Source: Octopus sinensis (Eukaryota). From it: a DNA stretch of 64,000 nt. Numbering within the stretch: the first letter of the stretch is position 1; every line of letters begins with the position of its first letter. The DNA lies in contig NC_043003.1 of NCBI RefSeq assembly GCF_006345805.1, forward strand, positions 64,604,001 to 64,668,000, given 5' to 3'. The notes under the pieces are model-generated. The model ran no database searches. It was given only the letters and a program-made list of their open reading frames with translations, and was not told the origin of the DNA. This document shows positions 52,030 through 64,000 of this stretch, in pieces. The position numbers and the translations under genes are program-made.

Positions 52030-52748
52030 TTTGTAAAAAAAAGAACTGACACTCCACCGGTTACGATGACGAGGGTTCCAGCTGATTCAATCAAAGGAAC
52101 AGCCTGCTCCTGAAATTAAAGTGTAAGTGGCTGGGCCCTCCACAGACACATGTACCCTTAATGAAGTTTTCAGGGAGATTCAGCGTGACACAGAATGTGA
52201 CAAAGATGGCCCTTAAAAATATGAGTAATACTCACTTTCGCCAGCGGTGTGTACAGGAGCAATGTGGAAAAAAAGTGTCTTGCTCAAGGACTCAACCCGC
52301 CGCCGGGAATTGAACTCAAGACTTTATACTCGTGAGCCGAACACTCTAACCTCTAAACAACGCACCTTCACTAAGCAATTTGTGTATTCATTTCTACCCT
52401 AATTTTTGGGGAGGTGGCCAGTCGATTAGCTCGACTCCAGTTCGGAACTGGTACTTAATTTATCGACTCCGAAAGGATGAAAGGCAAAGTGACCTCGGCG
52501 GAATTTGAACGCAGAACGTAAAGACAGACGAAATACCGCTACACAGAGAGGGGACAAACAAGGACAGACAAACGGATTAAGTCGATTACATCGACCCCAG
52601 TGCGTAACTGGTACTTTATTTATCGACCCCGAAAGGATGAAAGGCAAAGTCGACCTCGGCGGAATTTGAACTCAGAACGTAGCGGCAGACGAAATACCGC
52701 TAGGCATTTCGCCCGGCTTGCGAATGTTTCTGCCAGCTAGCCGCCTTA
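52030..52748 (-). mobile_element. SINE D (52030-52372) followed by two SINE B copies (52420-52748)
   Basis: Family-diagnostic motifs. Confidence 0.85.
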
Positions 52749-53011
52749 GCAATTTGTATATTATGTTAAGAAAGTTGGATATTTGTTGTAAGTTAATTCA
52801 GAACAACAAAGTTTGAATAGTTTTAGACACACTAAATTTAAAGTGTGACCGTGTGGATTACAAGTTTGCTTTCTAATTACATGGTTCCGAGTTCCGGCGT
52901 AGAGAGGGGAGGCTGGTATGCATGGGCGACTGCTGGCCTTCCACAGATAAACTTGCCCGGACTTGTGCCTCGGAGGGTAATCCCATGGTCATTCATGACC
53001 GAAGGGGGTTC

Positions 53012-53860
53012 CCTCCTCCTCCTCCTCTGATATGTGGCTTTTGGTAAATAAGGGAGTTTGATGTCGCTACTCTCATTTGGATCTCCTGCCGCGAGGTAGG
53101 CTCATCAGGGACTCTCGACAAGAAGAGACCCAGTTTTGATTTGAAAACACCAGCATCCACTTTATGTAGCTCCCTGAGGCTCTTTGGAAGATTAATAAAG
53201 AGCTGTGGGCCCCTGAAATCCAGGCTGTTGCAGTAACTGGTCCTGAAGCACGATGGCATTGCTGGGATGTTTGGCCCTGTGCGGTGGTGACCTGTTCTGG
53301 CATTTGTATAGTTGTCAATGCCAAAATTTGGCACAATCTCTTCCGGGATCTTCCAGATGTATATTACTGCATATCTCTCCCGCCTTCGCTCCAGGGAGTA
53401 GAGTCTTAGCTGTTTCAGCCTTTCCCTGTAGCGGTTTCGCCAGGGCACGCTTACACGATTTGTTGAGTTTGCGTCCACCTCACCTGCGGTTAGTAGTATC
53501 TCTTTTTCACTAACGTCGATTTAATCCATCGTAACTGCTTCACTGGTTATAGGTGAGGCGACAAAGAAATACACCGGTTCGTTTACTTGTCTGTGTTCCA
53601 ACAGGGTAGTAAAAACTTTTGCATTGGTCATTCAGTACCTCACTGATCCTGGTTGTGAGGGAGCCATCCTTTTGGAAGAGAGGTCCTATTTTGTAGCGTA
53701 CTGAGACTGTTTCTTTTGCATAATGAAAGCAGGACTTTTGGGTTTGACTTAATATTTTTTATAACCCAGGCTTCTTTGTCTGCTCTCTCCCTCACATAGG
53801 ATTGTTGCAGGCTTTTTGCAATCTCCATTAGTATTGTTTTTAGGCGGGACCTTTCACTAC
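53012..53860 (-). mobile_element. CR1-type LINE remnant with a large internal deletion
   Basis: Pre-RT region (IKNIKSNPK...; KVFTT...IDVSEKEI) is fused at ~53435 directly to the post-RT tail (YRERLKQLRLYSLERRRERY...VPDEP). Confidence 0.85.
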
Positions 53861-54111
53861 TTTTGGAATGTTGGTCAGATCGTTTAAATTCTACAACGAA
53901 TTTTGAAATCTAGAAACGTCAGGTTGTTTAACTAAAAACACAGAACTTGCGTGTATGCAAGAATTTATATGATCGAGAACGATTACCAGTTGGAGTATGT
54001 ATAAAAATGTATTTAACCGTTGCAAATGCATTGTGAAGGAAAGATATAAAGAAGCATATCACAAGATATGTTCACTCTTGGAATCTTGTTACTTTTTGTA
54101 TTCGCCTATGA

Positions 54112-55169
54112 CAGGCTTCTTTCCACCAAATCCACTCAGGGCTTTGGTCGGCTAGAGGCTATCGTAGAAGACACTTGCCCAAGGTACCATGCAGTGGTAC
54201 TGAACCTGGAACCACGTGGTTGATGAGCAAGCTACTTACCTCACAGCCAACTGATTTTGTCAACCTATTATTTTTTTACCATCTTTCATTGGCTTCTTAC
54301 AATGACATTATTAAATGGACTCCATTGGTTGACCGATTTTTTTCTTTTTTGATTCGGGGAAGAGAAAGACTTAGTTGACTAGGCAGAATTTGAACTCAAA
54401 ACATAAAGAACTGTAACTATATACTTCAAGGTATTTTGCTTGATGTTCAACCGAGTTTACCAATAGCTTCTCTCTCGTACATTAACATTTACACAAACCT
54501 ACGTAGAAGACATACAAAGGTAAAAAAAAATAAAAATTAGCTATTTCTCCGTAAATTGAAAACTTCATGACCAGTCTTAATCAATTTTTAACCCTTCTTT
54601 GTGGGTTTCATCAGCGATGTTTATATTACTTGACCAATCTCAGAGATCTATAAAATTCAGAGATCTGGGACTAAAAATTTGTTTGCATTAACCTGTTAGT
54701 GCCCCAATTTTTGGGATCTGATTTATTACCAAAACTCTTTTTTTTTATGCAACTTTATCTGATACTAGATGTATAAAAAAAAATTATTACAATATTTGAA
54801 AGACACAGCAGTCTTGATGACAAACTAAAGATATCTCAGAAAAATACAGGTGTTGCAGAAATATGATGGATTATCCTTCTGGTCATAAAAAATGGACCAT
54901 GGGCACTAATGGGTTTAAGTGTTTAACATTATATGTTAATGTCAGAGACCTAAGAACGCTGAACTCGGTTCACACAGTATCAGGGTATGATATATATGTA
55001 TATAGAAGTGTGTGTGTGTGTATGTGTGGAGGGGTAGCTGTGCGTGTGTCTGTGAGTTAGAGCATTATGCTCTGTGTGTGTGTGTGCATTTGTGTAAAAA
55101 TCTGTCCTAGACATATAAACATGTCGATTGTACGTATTTCTCTGTAAGCTGAAAAATGACAGCATGAGG

Positions 55170-55208
<39 letters not shown>

Positions 55209-55824
55209 CGCTACCCCACACATTTTTAGAGGAGTGTAAAGTCGATTAAATTAATCCAGTACTTAAATTCCTTATTCATAGACTCCAGAAATATGAAAGA
55301 CAAGGCCGAAATCGATACACAATAGTTAATATAAATATAATTCTTGTCGGGAAGGGACCTGTTGGAACACGCTGTAGTGGTACGATGTGAAAATAAACAG
55401 CCAGCCAAAGAAATAAGACTGTCATAAATTCTGGTTTCATTGCCAAGTATTCACTTTCGACGTGTGGTCTGAGAAAGCCTCAGAAATATAGACCCGTTAT
55501 AATGTTTTCTCTCATAGAAATTCTTTAGTAAAAAGGGGGAAGACATCTGTTGAAAACTGGCTACTACCTCATTATATACTGTTTCTTTATCAATTGAGTT
55601 AATTAAATTGCATTCTTTTTAACTCTATAATCAATAGATTATAATTTTTTTTCTATGGTTGTGCGGTAAGAAGTTTGATTCCCAAGTATATAGTTCCGGG
55701 TTAAGTCCTACTGTGTGGTTCTTTGGGCAAGTGTATTCAACTATAGCCTCGCGCCATTCAAAGACTTGTGAGTAGATTTACTAGACGGAAACTGAAAGAA
55801 GCCCGTCGCATATATATATATATT

Positions 55825-55862
<38 letters not shown>

Positions 55863-56865
55863 ATTCGATATAATAAGTAGCAGGTTTCAAAATATGTACT
55901 AGGATCGTTTCGTTCGACTAATAATTCTTCAAGGCAGGTGCCCCAGCATGGCCGCAGTGTAATGCCTGAAACAATAAAACAATGAAAGAATTATAATGAT
56001 TCTACTCTAGGCACAAGGCCCGGAATTTTGGGGGTCGGGGCCAATGGATTACATCGACCCCAGTACGCAACTGGTACTTAATTTATCGACTCCGAAAGGA
56101 TAAAAGGCAAAGTCAACTGCGGCGGAATTTGAAGTCAGAACGTAAAGACGAGCGAAAAACCGCTAAGCATTTCGCCCGGCGTACTAAAGTTTCTTATTTC
56201 TTTACTGTCCACAAGGGGCTAAACATAGAGGGAACAAACAAGGACAGACAAACGGATTAAGTCGATTACATCGACCCCAGTGCGTAACTGGTACTCAATT
56301 TATCGACCCCGAAAGAATGAAAGGCAAAGTCGACCTCGGTGGAATTTGAACTCAGAACGTAAAGACCGACGAAATACTACTAAGCATTTTGCCCGATGTG
56401 CTAACGTTCCTGCCAGCTAACTACCTTCATAATTTCTTATATAACCGCAGACAAGGCTGTGTATGGCTAAAGAGTTCGCTTTGCAGGCATGAGATCTCGA
56501 GTTCAGTTCCACTGCGTGACATCTTGTTCAAGTGTCTTCTACTTTAGCCCCGGGCCGACCCATACTTTGTGAGTGAATGTGGCAGACGGAAACTGCATGG
56601 AAGTCCGTCGTGTATACATGTATGTATGCGTGTCTTTGTGTTTTCCCCCACTACCCTACATCTTGACAACCGGTGTGGGTTTGTTTACGTCCGCAAAACT
56701 GAGCGCTTCGACAAAAGAGACCGATAGAACAAGTGCCAAACTTGAGAAAAAAATAAAGAAGAAAAAATAGAGAAATAGAAAAATATGTACTGGAGTAGAT
56801 TTGTTAGAGAAACATCGCAAAACTGTGCTTCCGCATGGCCGCATTCCAATGGCAGAAGTAAGTAA
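54112..56865. mobile_element. Interspersed SINE A (54112-54250 -, 55655-55985 +, 56445-56865 +) and SINE B (56003-56422 -) copies
   Basis: Family-diagnostic motifs. Confidence 0.82.
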
Positions 56866-56871
56866 AATATA

Positions 56872-57255
56872 TCTCTTTCTATATAAACGGCAGTTTGTCT
56901 GTCTGCGTGTCTGTGTGTCTGTTAGGTTGTACCCTCACCCTGACCACGGCTTTCAACCGATTCTGATGAAACTTGACACACACATAGCCCAATGTCATAA
57001 TTCAAAACTAACGCAGCGAAAATTTTGAAAAGTTCCCCCAGTTCTGAAAAAAATCGATAAATTCGACATGGGGTCGAGAATCAGAAACACAAACCACAGA
57101 CTGTCTAGGGGACGCAACTCGACCTTTTCAACTCTCAAAAAAAATTTACCATAATTTTTTTCCATTTCTTTTGCTATTTTTTGGCTATAACTCTCTAAAA
57201 ATGATTTATAGTTATTTCCCTTACAAACCCGAGCAACGCCGGGTGATACTGCTAG
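56872..57255 (+). mobile_element. Non-autonomous Helitron
   Basis: A|TC 5' end (56871/56872), subterminal hairpin CCCG-AGCAACGC-CGGG (57228-57243), CTAG|T 3' end (57252-57256), no TSD. Confidence 0.85.
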
Positions 57256-58054
57256 TAAATGGTAAATATATTTCGTTTACGAAGAAGGTTCTTTTATTAA
57301 ATGAGGACAAATTACTTCATATGTGACGTTAAACGTGATTGTTGACATTTGATCCTAAAGAATTGTACGATAAATATAAATTTATGGCACAATTGGTAAC
57401 TAAAATGGTGGCGTGTCGATTTGATGGTGCAAGCCGTGTCACAGCCAATACAGAAATAATATGTAGCCTCCGTTCTCAAGGTAAACCCTACCAACTGTAA
57501 ATACGATATTCCTTCAGATACTGCGTGTCTTCACGATATTGTATTATTTATGAACCAATGAGGGAAGCTCTGTATCAGAGATGGGGTACCTGCTTAGCAC
57601 CAGGGGCGATATGCAAGTATGTCAGGACCTGTGGGAGAAGGCGCATATGTTTGAAATAAAAATAAACTGTTTTCTTTATTAATTCATACGTATGCACGCA
57701 ATTTCATTAAGCAACATTATTTGTAATGTTGTAAGTAATTAATTAACCAGATTATTTTAATGGTTAAAAACCCTTATATGGTGTTAATGGTTACGTAAAG
57801 TACTGCTTTGTTATTATGGATTAAACAGGATTAAAAAAAATTTCATATGCGTTTTTAGAATGTTTCATTACCGAATGGTTTTAAATTAAAATTCAGACAA
57901 ACTTTTCTTCCCCAAGCGAGCGGAACTCGGGCATCCATAAGCGACCGAGATTATCTATATTTTGGTTCTCCGTCGATGACGACCACGAGTGTTCCAGTTG
58001 ATCCGATCAGCGGAACAAGCTGCTCGCGAAATTAACGCGCAAGCGGCTGAGAGG

Positions 58055-58098
<44 letters not shown>

Positions 58099-58239
58099 GG
58101 AGAGAGAGAAGCGGGAGAGAGAGAGAGGCGGGAGAGAGAGAGAGGCGGGAGAGAGAGAGAGAGAGAGAGGCGGGAGAGAGAGAAAGATGGGGCGAGAGTG
58201 AGAGAAGGAGATTGAGAGATAATTATGTAAATAAACAAA

Positions 58240-58300
<61 letters not shown>

Positions 58301-58303
<3 letters not shown>

Positions 58304-58590
58304 CGAAGGAGTGGCTGTATAATAAGAAGCTTCCTTCCTAATCACATGGTTCGGGGTTCAGTCCCACTGCGTGGCACTTTGGGTAAGTGTCTTCTGCTAT
58401 CGCTTGCCACTGATGTTGATGTGTTTACATCCCCATAACTTAGCGGCTCGGCAAGAGAGACCAATAGAGTACGTACTAGTCTTACAAAGAATAATTACTG
58501 GGAAGTCCTAGGGTCGATTTGCTCGACTAGAGGCGGCGCTCCAGCTTGGTCGCAATCCGATGACAGGAACAAGTAAAAGATTAAAAGAGT
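58301..58590 (+). mobile_element. SINE family A
   Basis: AGGCGAAGGAGTGGCTG head through ACAAGTAAAAGA tail; the internal microsatellite region is deleted. Confidence 0.85.
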
Positions 58591-58879
58591 AAAAGAATGT
58601 ACATGTAAATAGAGTGAAAAGAAGGATTGAAAAGATTTAAAAGATGAATATTCATTTATAGATATATAAATATCTGTGTATTAACAAGCAAACTTAAACA
58701 GGGTACAAAAACAGAGAGAATCAAAGGGGAGAAGGTATGGTGTTATAGGCCCAACAGCTGTTTCTGGTGGCTCAGAATTACTTCATAGTGTTGGCAGATG
58801 TAGTTCGCAAAAGCTAAGGATATGCGACTAGTTGTGGAAGCATATAAATATTAGGTAGATCCGGCTACCTCACCATCCC

Positions 58880-59113
58880 ACTCTTGTTATATATATATAT
58901 ATATCGCCATGTTGAATAGCTAGCTTCTGCACGCATTTTTTTTCTCTCCTTGTTTCTCTCCGTGTTTCTTTTCTGTGTATCTTTCCGTTGAAGAGCGTAG
59001 ACTCGAAACCTAAAAGACTTGTTTTATTTATATTCCTGAGCGCCATACTAATACAATTGTTTGTTTGTACTCCACCTGCCTTCGTCTTTTGTTTATTTTC
59101 ATAAAGCTTCCCG

Positions 59114-59115
<2 letters not shown>
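58880..59115 (+). mobile_element. Family E repeat with degenerate hammerhead at 58981-59016
   Basis: CUUU-CCGUUGA-A-GAGC-GUAG-ACUC-GAAAC-CUA-AAAG; ends in (TA)n. Confidence 0.75.
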
Positions 59116-59157
<42 letters not shown>

Positions 59158-59299
59158 TGTATAACTCTCGGTCCAACTATTGTGTGTGTATATATGACTT
59201 TTTTTTTTAATAACTGACATAGGCTGTTCAAATTGCACATATCCTTATTCTAACTCTTCCCAAATAGTAACTTTCTTCCATTTCTTCTTCATTGCAGTC

Positions 59300-59735
59300 A
59301 AATGATGTTTTCCAAACGGAAGCAGTGTATCGTCGTTACATTCTCGACGAAAGGGAAAAGATTATACAGCATCCACAGAAGCCAGCACGTTGTTTACGGA
59401 GATGACATACGTTGACAAGAATAATGTACACAGATGGATGAAAATGAAAGGAGAAAACAGCCCTGAAAACAAACCTCGGAGTAGGCGACCATCAACAGCG
59501 GCCACGGACACAGATCGCCAGTGAGTGGACAAATTGATTATTGCAGACTAACCAAATATCATGAGTTCTCTGCACAACTAGAATATGGTCATGATCCATT
59601 ACGGAGGATAGTGAAATACTTTGAGTATTGCAAGGTGTGTGCAAATTGGGTATCTCAGCAATTGCCATCCGGTTTTAAAGACAGGATGTTGGATGTTTGC
59701 TCTGATTTGCTGGAAACGTTTGAAGCCAACGAATC
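59300..59735 (+). mobile_element. Mariner transposase N-terminal remnant
   Basis: VYGDD..VDKNNVHRWMK...KPRSRRPSTA...EYCKVCANWVSQQL (KVCARWVP.QL-like). Confidence 0.8.
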
Positions 59736-59894
59736 ACATTGTTTACCCCAATTTTCATTTTTTTTCTCTAAACTATTAGACTTTAAGGATCCGATACTTA
59801 AAGCATTCTTGGAGAACCGCAGCACTTCAATGTTTTTTATGCAAACCTGTTCTAGCATAACCCTTATTTATGTACGTTCGAAAGAATTATAATT

Positions 59895-60096
59895 CAATGC
59901 AACAGCCTTGTCACATTCTATGTCACACTGAATCTACCCGAGAACTACTTGAAGGGTACTCGTGTTACTGGAGTGATCAGTCACTTGCACATTAATTTCA
60001 TGAGCAGGTTGTTTCGTTGATCGGATCACCTATGACACTCGTCGGAATGCCAGTCATGTATCTATGTATCTATTTAAGCGCATACATATGTATATA

Positions 60097-60177
<81 letters not shown>

Positions 60178-60496
60178 TGTATGTATGTATGTAGTTGAGG
60201 TGTATTCTGTTAAGAGCGTATATATATAGTGAGAATTTGGAAGAAAACAAGACGAAGACGGTGTGTGTAAACAGCAAACAGAAGTATTAGTTTAACGCTC
60301 GGGAAGTGAGAAAGTCTTTTACGTTTCGAGCCTATGCTCTCCGACAGAAAGGAACACAGAAATGAGCAGAGAAAAAATAAAAAAAAATTTAGTGGCTAGA
60401 CATACATACATACATAACATACATACATACATACATACATACATACATAATACATACATACATACATACATACATACATAACATACATACATACAT

Positions 60497-60572
<76 letters not shown>

Positions 60573-60826
60573 ATATATTATATATATATATTTCGATTCC
60601 CAGACCGGGTGTTGTGAGTGTTTATTGAGCGAAAATACCTAAAAGCTCCACGAGGCTCCGGCAGTGGGTGGTGATCCCTGCTGTACTCTATCTCCCACTC
60701 TTTCTTCTGTTGGCCTGCTCGCTTAGCCAGCGGGGTGGCGTCATTCGAAGGCTAAAACAATGCGAACGCATTGTGACCAGCGATGTGTAACAACATCTGA
60801 TGGTCTGGTCGGTCACGTGATCACGG
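59895..60826 (+). mobile_element. SINE D fragments (59895-60050, 60592-60826) around a family E repeat (60215-60400, minus; hammerhead-like 60316-60351)
   Basis: Family-diagnostic motifs; E motif CUUU-CUGUCGG-A-GAGC-AUAG-GCUC-GAAAC-GUA-AAAG. Confidence 0.78.
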
Positions 60827-60835
60827 GATATATAT

Positions 60836-60867
<32 letters not shown>

Positions 60868-60881
60868 ATATATATATTATA

Positions 60882-60936
<55 letters not shown>

Positions 60937-61615
60937 ATATATATATGTATATATATTTATGTATGTATATATATAATATGTATGTATGGATGGATGGATG
61001 TATATGTGCAGATTTGTATGGCTTGTTTTATGATTGTATTCTCATGAATATAGTTGCATATCTAGACATGCTCATATATACTTATATATGTATGCATGCA
61101 TGTATGCGTGTATTTATGCATGTATGTACATATGTACATATGTATGTATATGTGTATTTATGCCTGTATCACTGTCAGCATATTCATATCTCTGTACATG
61201 TAACCAGGAACTTCTCAGTAATAAAAGACTTTTTTTGTTCATCACCAACTAAAGTCTAGTCAAAAAATACTTCTGATTACAGGCCGAGATTATAGATTCC
61301 GACTCCAGCTCCCCGCTTGGTATCACGTTTAGATCTAAACACAATTTTTATCTCTCACGCCCTTAATGTAAACTGGTCGTTGTATCCACCGATAACGCCT
61401 TTGTTGTTTGGTATTTAGTTTCTTTTATATGCTTCCCAGCCAATTCCTTTCACCCTGCCACCATTTCTACTGCTGTGTTTTACAACCCGTTCTCTTCCTT
61501 CCTCACCCCACGGTATATCTATGGCATTACGATAACATACAAGTCCATAGACTGTCACTCACTTGGCTTAGTCGTTGCCTGTGGTACTAGCAAGATTCTG
61601 TAAAATCCTCTACGT

Positions 61616-61740
61616 CAGTGGTTTCTAACTGGGGTCCATATAACCATTAGGGTCTACCATGACCCTTCGGGGTTCATGTAGAATTTTGTTGTTAAAATCT
61701 ATTTTCAGTAAATTGTTTATACTTCTGCAACACACAAAAT
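61616..61740 (+). mobile_element. Possible hAT-type MITE left end
   Basis: CAGTGGTTTCTAAC terminus resembles hAT/Charlie TIRs; no matching right end found. Confidence 0.3.
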
Positions 61741-61744
61741 ATCC

Positions 61745-62704
61745 TTTTCTACTCTAGGCACAAAACCCGAAACTTTGGGGAGAGAGAGGCCATGGATTAG
61801 ATCGACTCCAGTACGCAACTGGTACTTAATTTATCGACCTCGACTAGACGCAAAGGCAAAGTCGACCTCGGCGGAATTTGAACTCAGGACGTAAAGACAG
61901 ACGAAAAACCGCTAAGCATCGACTTTAATTCTTTTTATACAGTTCTTAATAATATTTAATTACAAAAGGCGGTGAGCTGGCAGAACCGTTAGCTCGCCGG
62001 GCGAAATGCGTAGCCGTATTTCGTCTGCCGTTACGTTGTGAGTTCAAATTCCGCCGGGTTCGACTTTGCCTTTCATCCTTTCGGGGTCGATAAATTAAGT
62101 ACCAGTTACACACTGGGGTCGCTGTAATCGACTTAATCCGTTTGTCTGTCCTTGTTTGTCCCCTCTATGTATAGTCCCTTGTGGGTAATAAAGAAATAAA
62201 GAATTACAAAAATACAATAAAAGTTGTTTTACATACCAGAAGAATGAAATAGGAATCCAGGGGTTCCGTAGGCAAAAAGATAGTTGAGAAACTCTACTGT
62301 ACGTTGTCATTTGACTTACTAAAAGAACAACAACCAAATCGTCTTCAACTGCATCTTTATTTTAAGAAATTCGTATTAAAACATAGGATAAATGTGGACT
62401 TCTCTTGTTTCTTGTTTGTTTGTTGGAGGAAATGCAATGGTTATGATCCTTCACAGGTTTCCCAAGACTAACAGAAGGAAGTTAGCATTAAACTTGGGCC
62501 ATGTCTCCAAAACTTGAAGCATTGCCCGAGTACAGGTGTAGGCGTGGTTGTGTGGTAAGAACTTTGCTTCCCAAATACATGGTTCCAGGTTCGCTCTCAC
62601 CGCGTGCCACCTTGGACAAATGTCTTCTACTATATCACCGGACAACCAAACATTTTTCAGTCGATTTGGTAGACGGGAATTGTGTGAAAGCCAATCGTGT
62701 GTGT

Positions 62705-62740
<36 letters not shown>

Positions 62741-62940
62741 GAATGTATGTGTTTGTAAAATCCAGTGAGGTAGTTAACTTATGTGGCTGCTAGACCAGCT
62801 AAAAATAGCAACCAAATCTCTTCGGTGAGTGTATGTGTTACTGTGCGTATATATGTGTATGTCTGTGTATGTGTATTTGTTCCCCTCCACCGCTTGACAA
62901 CCGGTATTTGTGTATTTATGTCCCCGTAATTTAGCGTTGT
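61745..62940. mobile_element. SINE B (61745-61920 -, 61967-62200 +) and SINE A (62535-62940 +)
   Basis: Family-diagnostic motifs. Confidence 0.85.
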
Positions 62941-63287
62941 ATAAATCAATGAATAACACACTTCGTTTATAAATGAGTGATTGTTGTTTTTCATGTTGTT
63001 ATTTAACCCTTAGCCGTGACCGCTCCACATTTTTTAAAAATCCAGGAATACCTTAATCATTTCGCCCTTTCTTTTCATAAGACAGCATGGGATAATCGGA
63101 GGGAAATTAGGCTGTTGTTTCTCGCAGAATGACGTTAATTTTAAAAGGGGGGGGGGCATTTAATATGCTTGTGTGACGTCAAAATCATATTTTCATCCTT
63201 CTCTAGTCTCCCTTTTCTGTCTGTCTGTCTGTCTCTCTTTCTAGAATAGTGGAAAAAAGACGTACAGAGAATAGGGCACACACAGGG

Positions 63288-63500
63288 AGAATGAGAGAGA
63301 GAGAGAGAGGGGGAGGGAGGGAGGGAGAGGGAGAGAGAGGTAGAAAAAGAGAAAGAAAGAGAGAACGAAAAAGAAAAAGAGAAAGAAAATAGAAAGAAAA
63401 GGAGAAAGAAAAAGAGAAAGAAAGAGATAAAGAAAAAGACTAAGAGAAGAGAAAGAAAAAGAGAAGGAAAGAAAGAATGAAATAAAGGGAAAAAATATGA
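63288..63500 (+). repeat. ~200-bp almost pure purine tract (AG/GAAA-rich)
   Basis: Directly visible. Confidence 0.95.
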
Positions 63501-64000
63501 GGGGAAATATTGCTTATGATGGCAACGATCTGGAGACTGAATAGCGTTAATTCACAAAACATTTCTTTGAAAAACCCTTCTTGAATGAAGTTTCAACTCA
63601 AACTCGAGCAACTTCAAGAATATCATATACATTAAACAATGTAACGTAGTCCTTGATATAAAAAAAAAAGGCGGGGACAGTTATGAACAGAGAGCCTTTT
63701 TTACCAAGAGTTTGACTGTCTTGGGGTTAAACAATAATAACATCAACAACATGATGAATCTAGTTTAAAGGCACAAAATTAAAACGAAAGTAAATACAGA
63801 TTTGTCAATGACCAGTCTAAAGGTTGTTCTGAGGGCGTTAAAAACTGTCGCATTAATGGATGACATCCGACCCATTTAACAACATGACACTAAGATGTTC
63901 TTTGTGTAATCACCGACATTACTAATCAGCCAAATAAATCAAAATATGCTTATTCTTAGCAAATAACCTACCCTCCAATCCAACCATCCATTTACTCCGC

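Noticed and set aside
63001-63160. TTAA-CCCTT as a piggyBac-type end
   Set aside because: No convincing matching right TIR plus TTAA.

Overview
AT-rich, microsatellite-saturated eukaryotic repeat DNA. The SINE families and overall texture strongly resemble octopod (Octopus) genomic DNA; this is inference from repeat content, not a database hit. I find no supportable host protein-coding exon. Nearly all listed ORFs are translations of simple repeats, and the rest belong to decayed transposons. Content: three abundant tRNA-derived SINE families; two 5'-truncated R4/Dong-clade LINEs embedded in (TAA)n; three CR1-type LINE remnants; several mariner/Tc1 remnants and MITEs; one Helitron-type and one Helentron/HINE-type non-autonomous element; an intron-containing tRNA-Lys(UUU) gene (probably damaged); and a ~1.4 kb near-perfect palindrome. 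The main hidden signal is at least five distinct families of short Penelope-like (PLE) elements carrying minimal type-I hammerhead ribozyme folds (13 motif copies located by eye). Several sit in inverted/foldback arrangements, one lies at the 3' end of a GIY-YIG-like ORF remnant, and some have non-canonical cores (U3-A8 covariant UUGAUAA; recurrent CCGANGA). All folds were derived by hand and need covariance-model and biochemical confirmation. Repeat boundaries are approximate.
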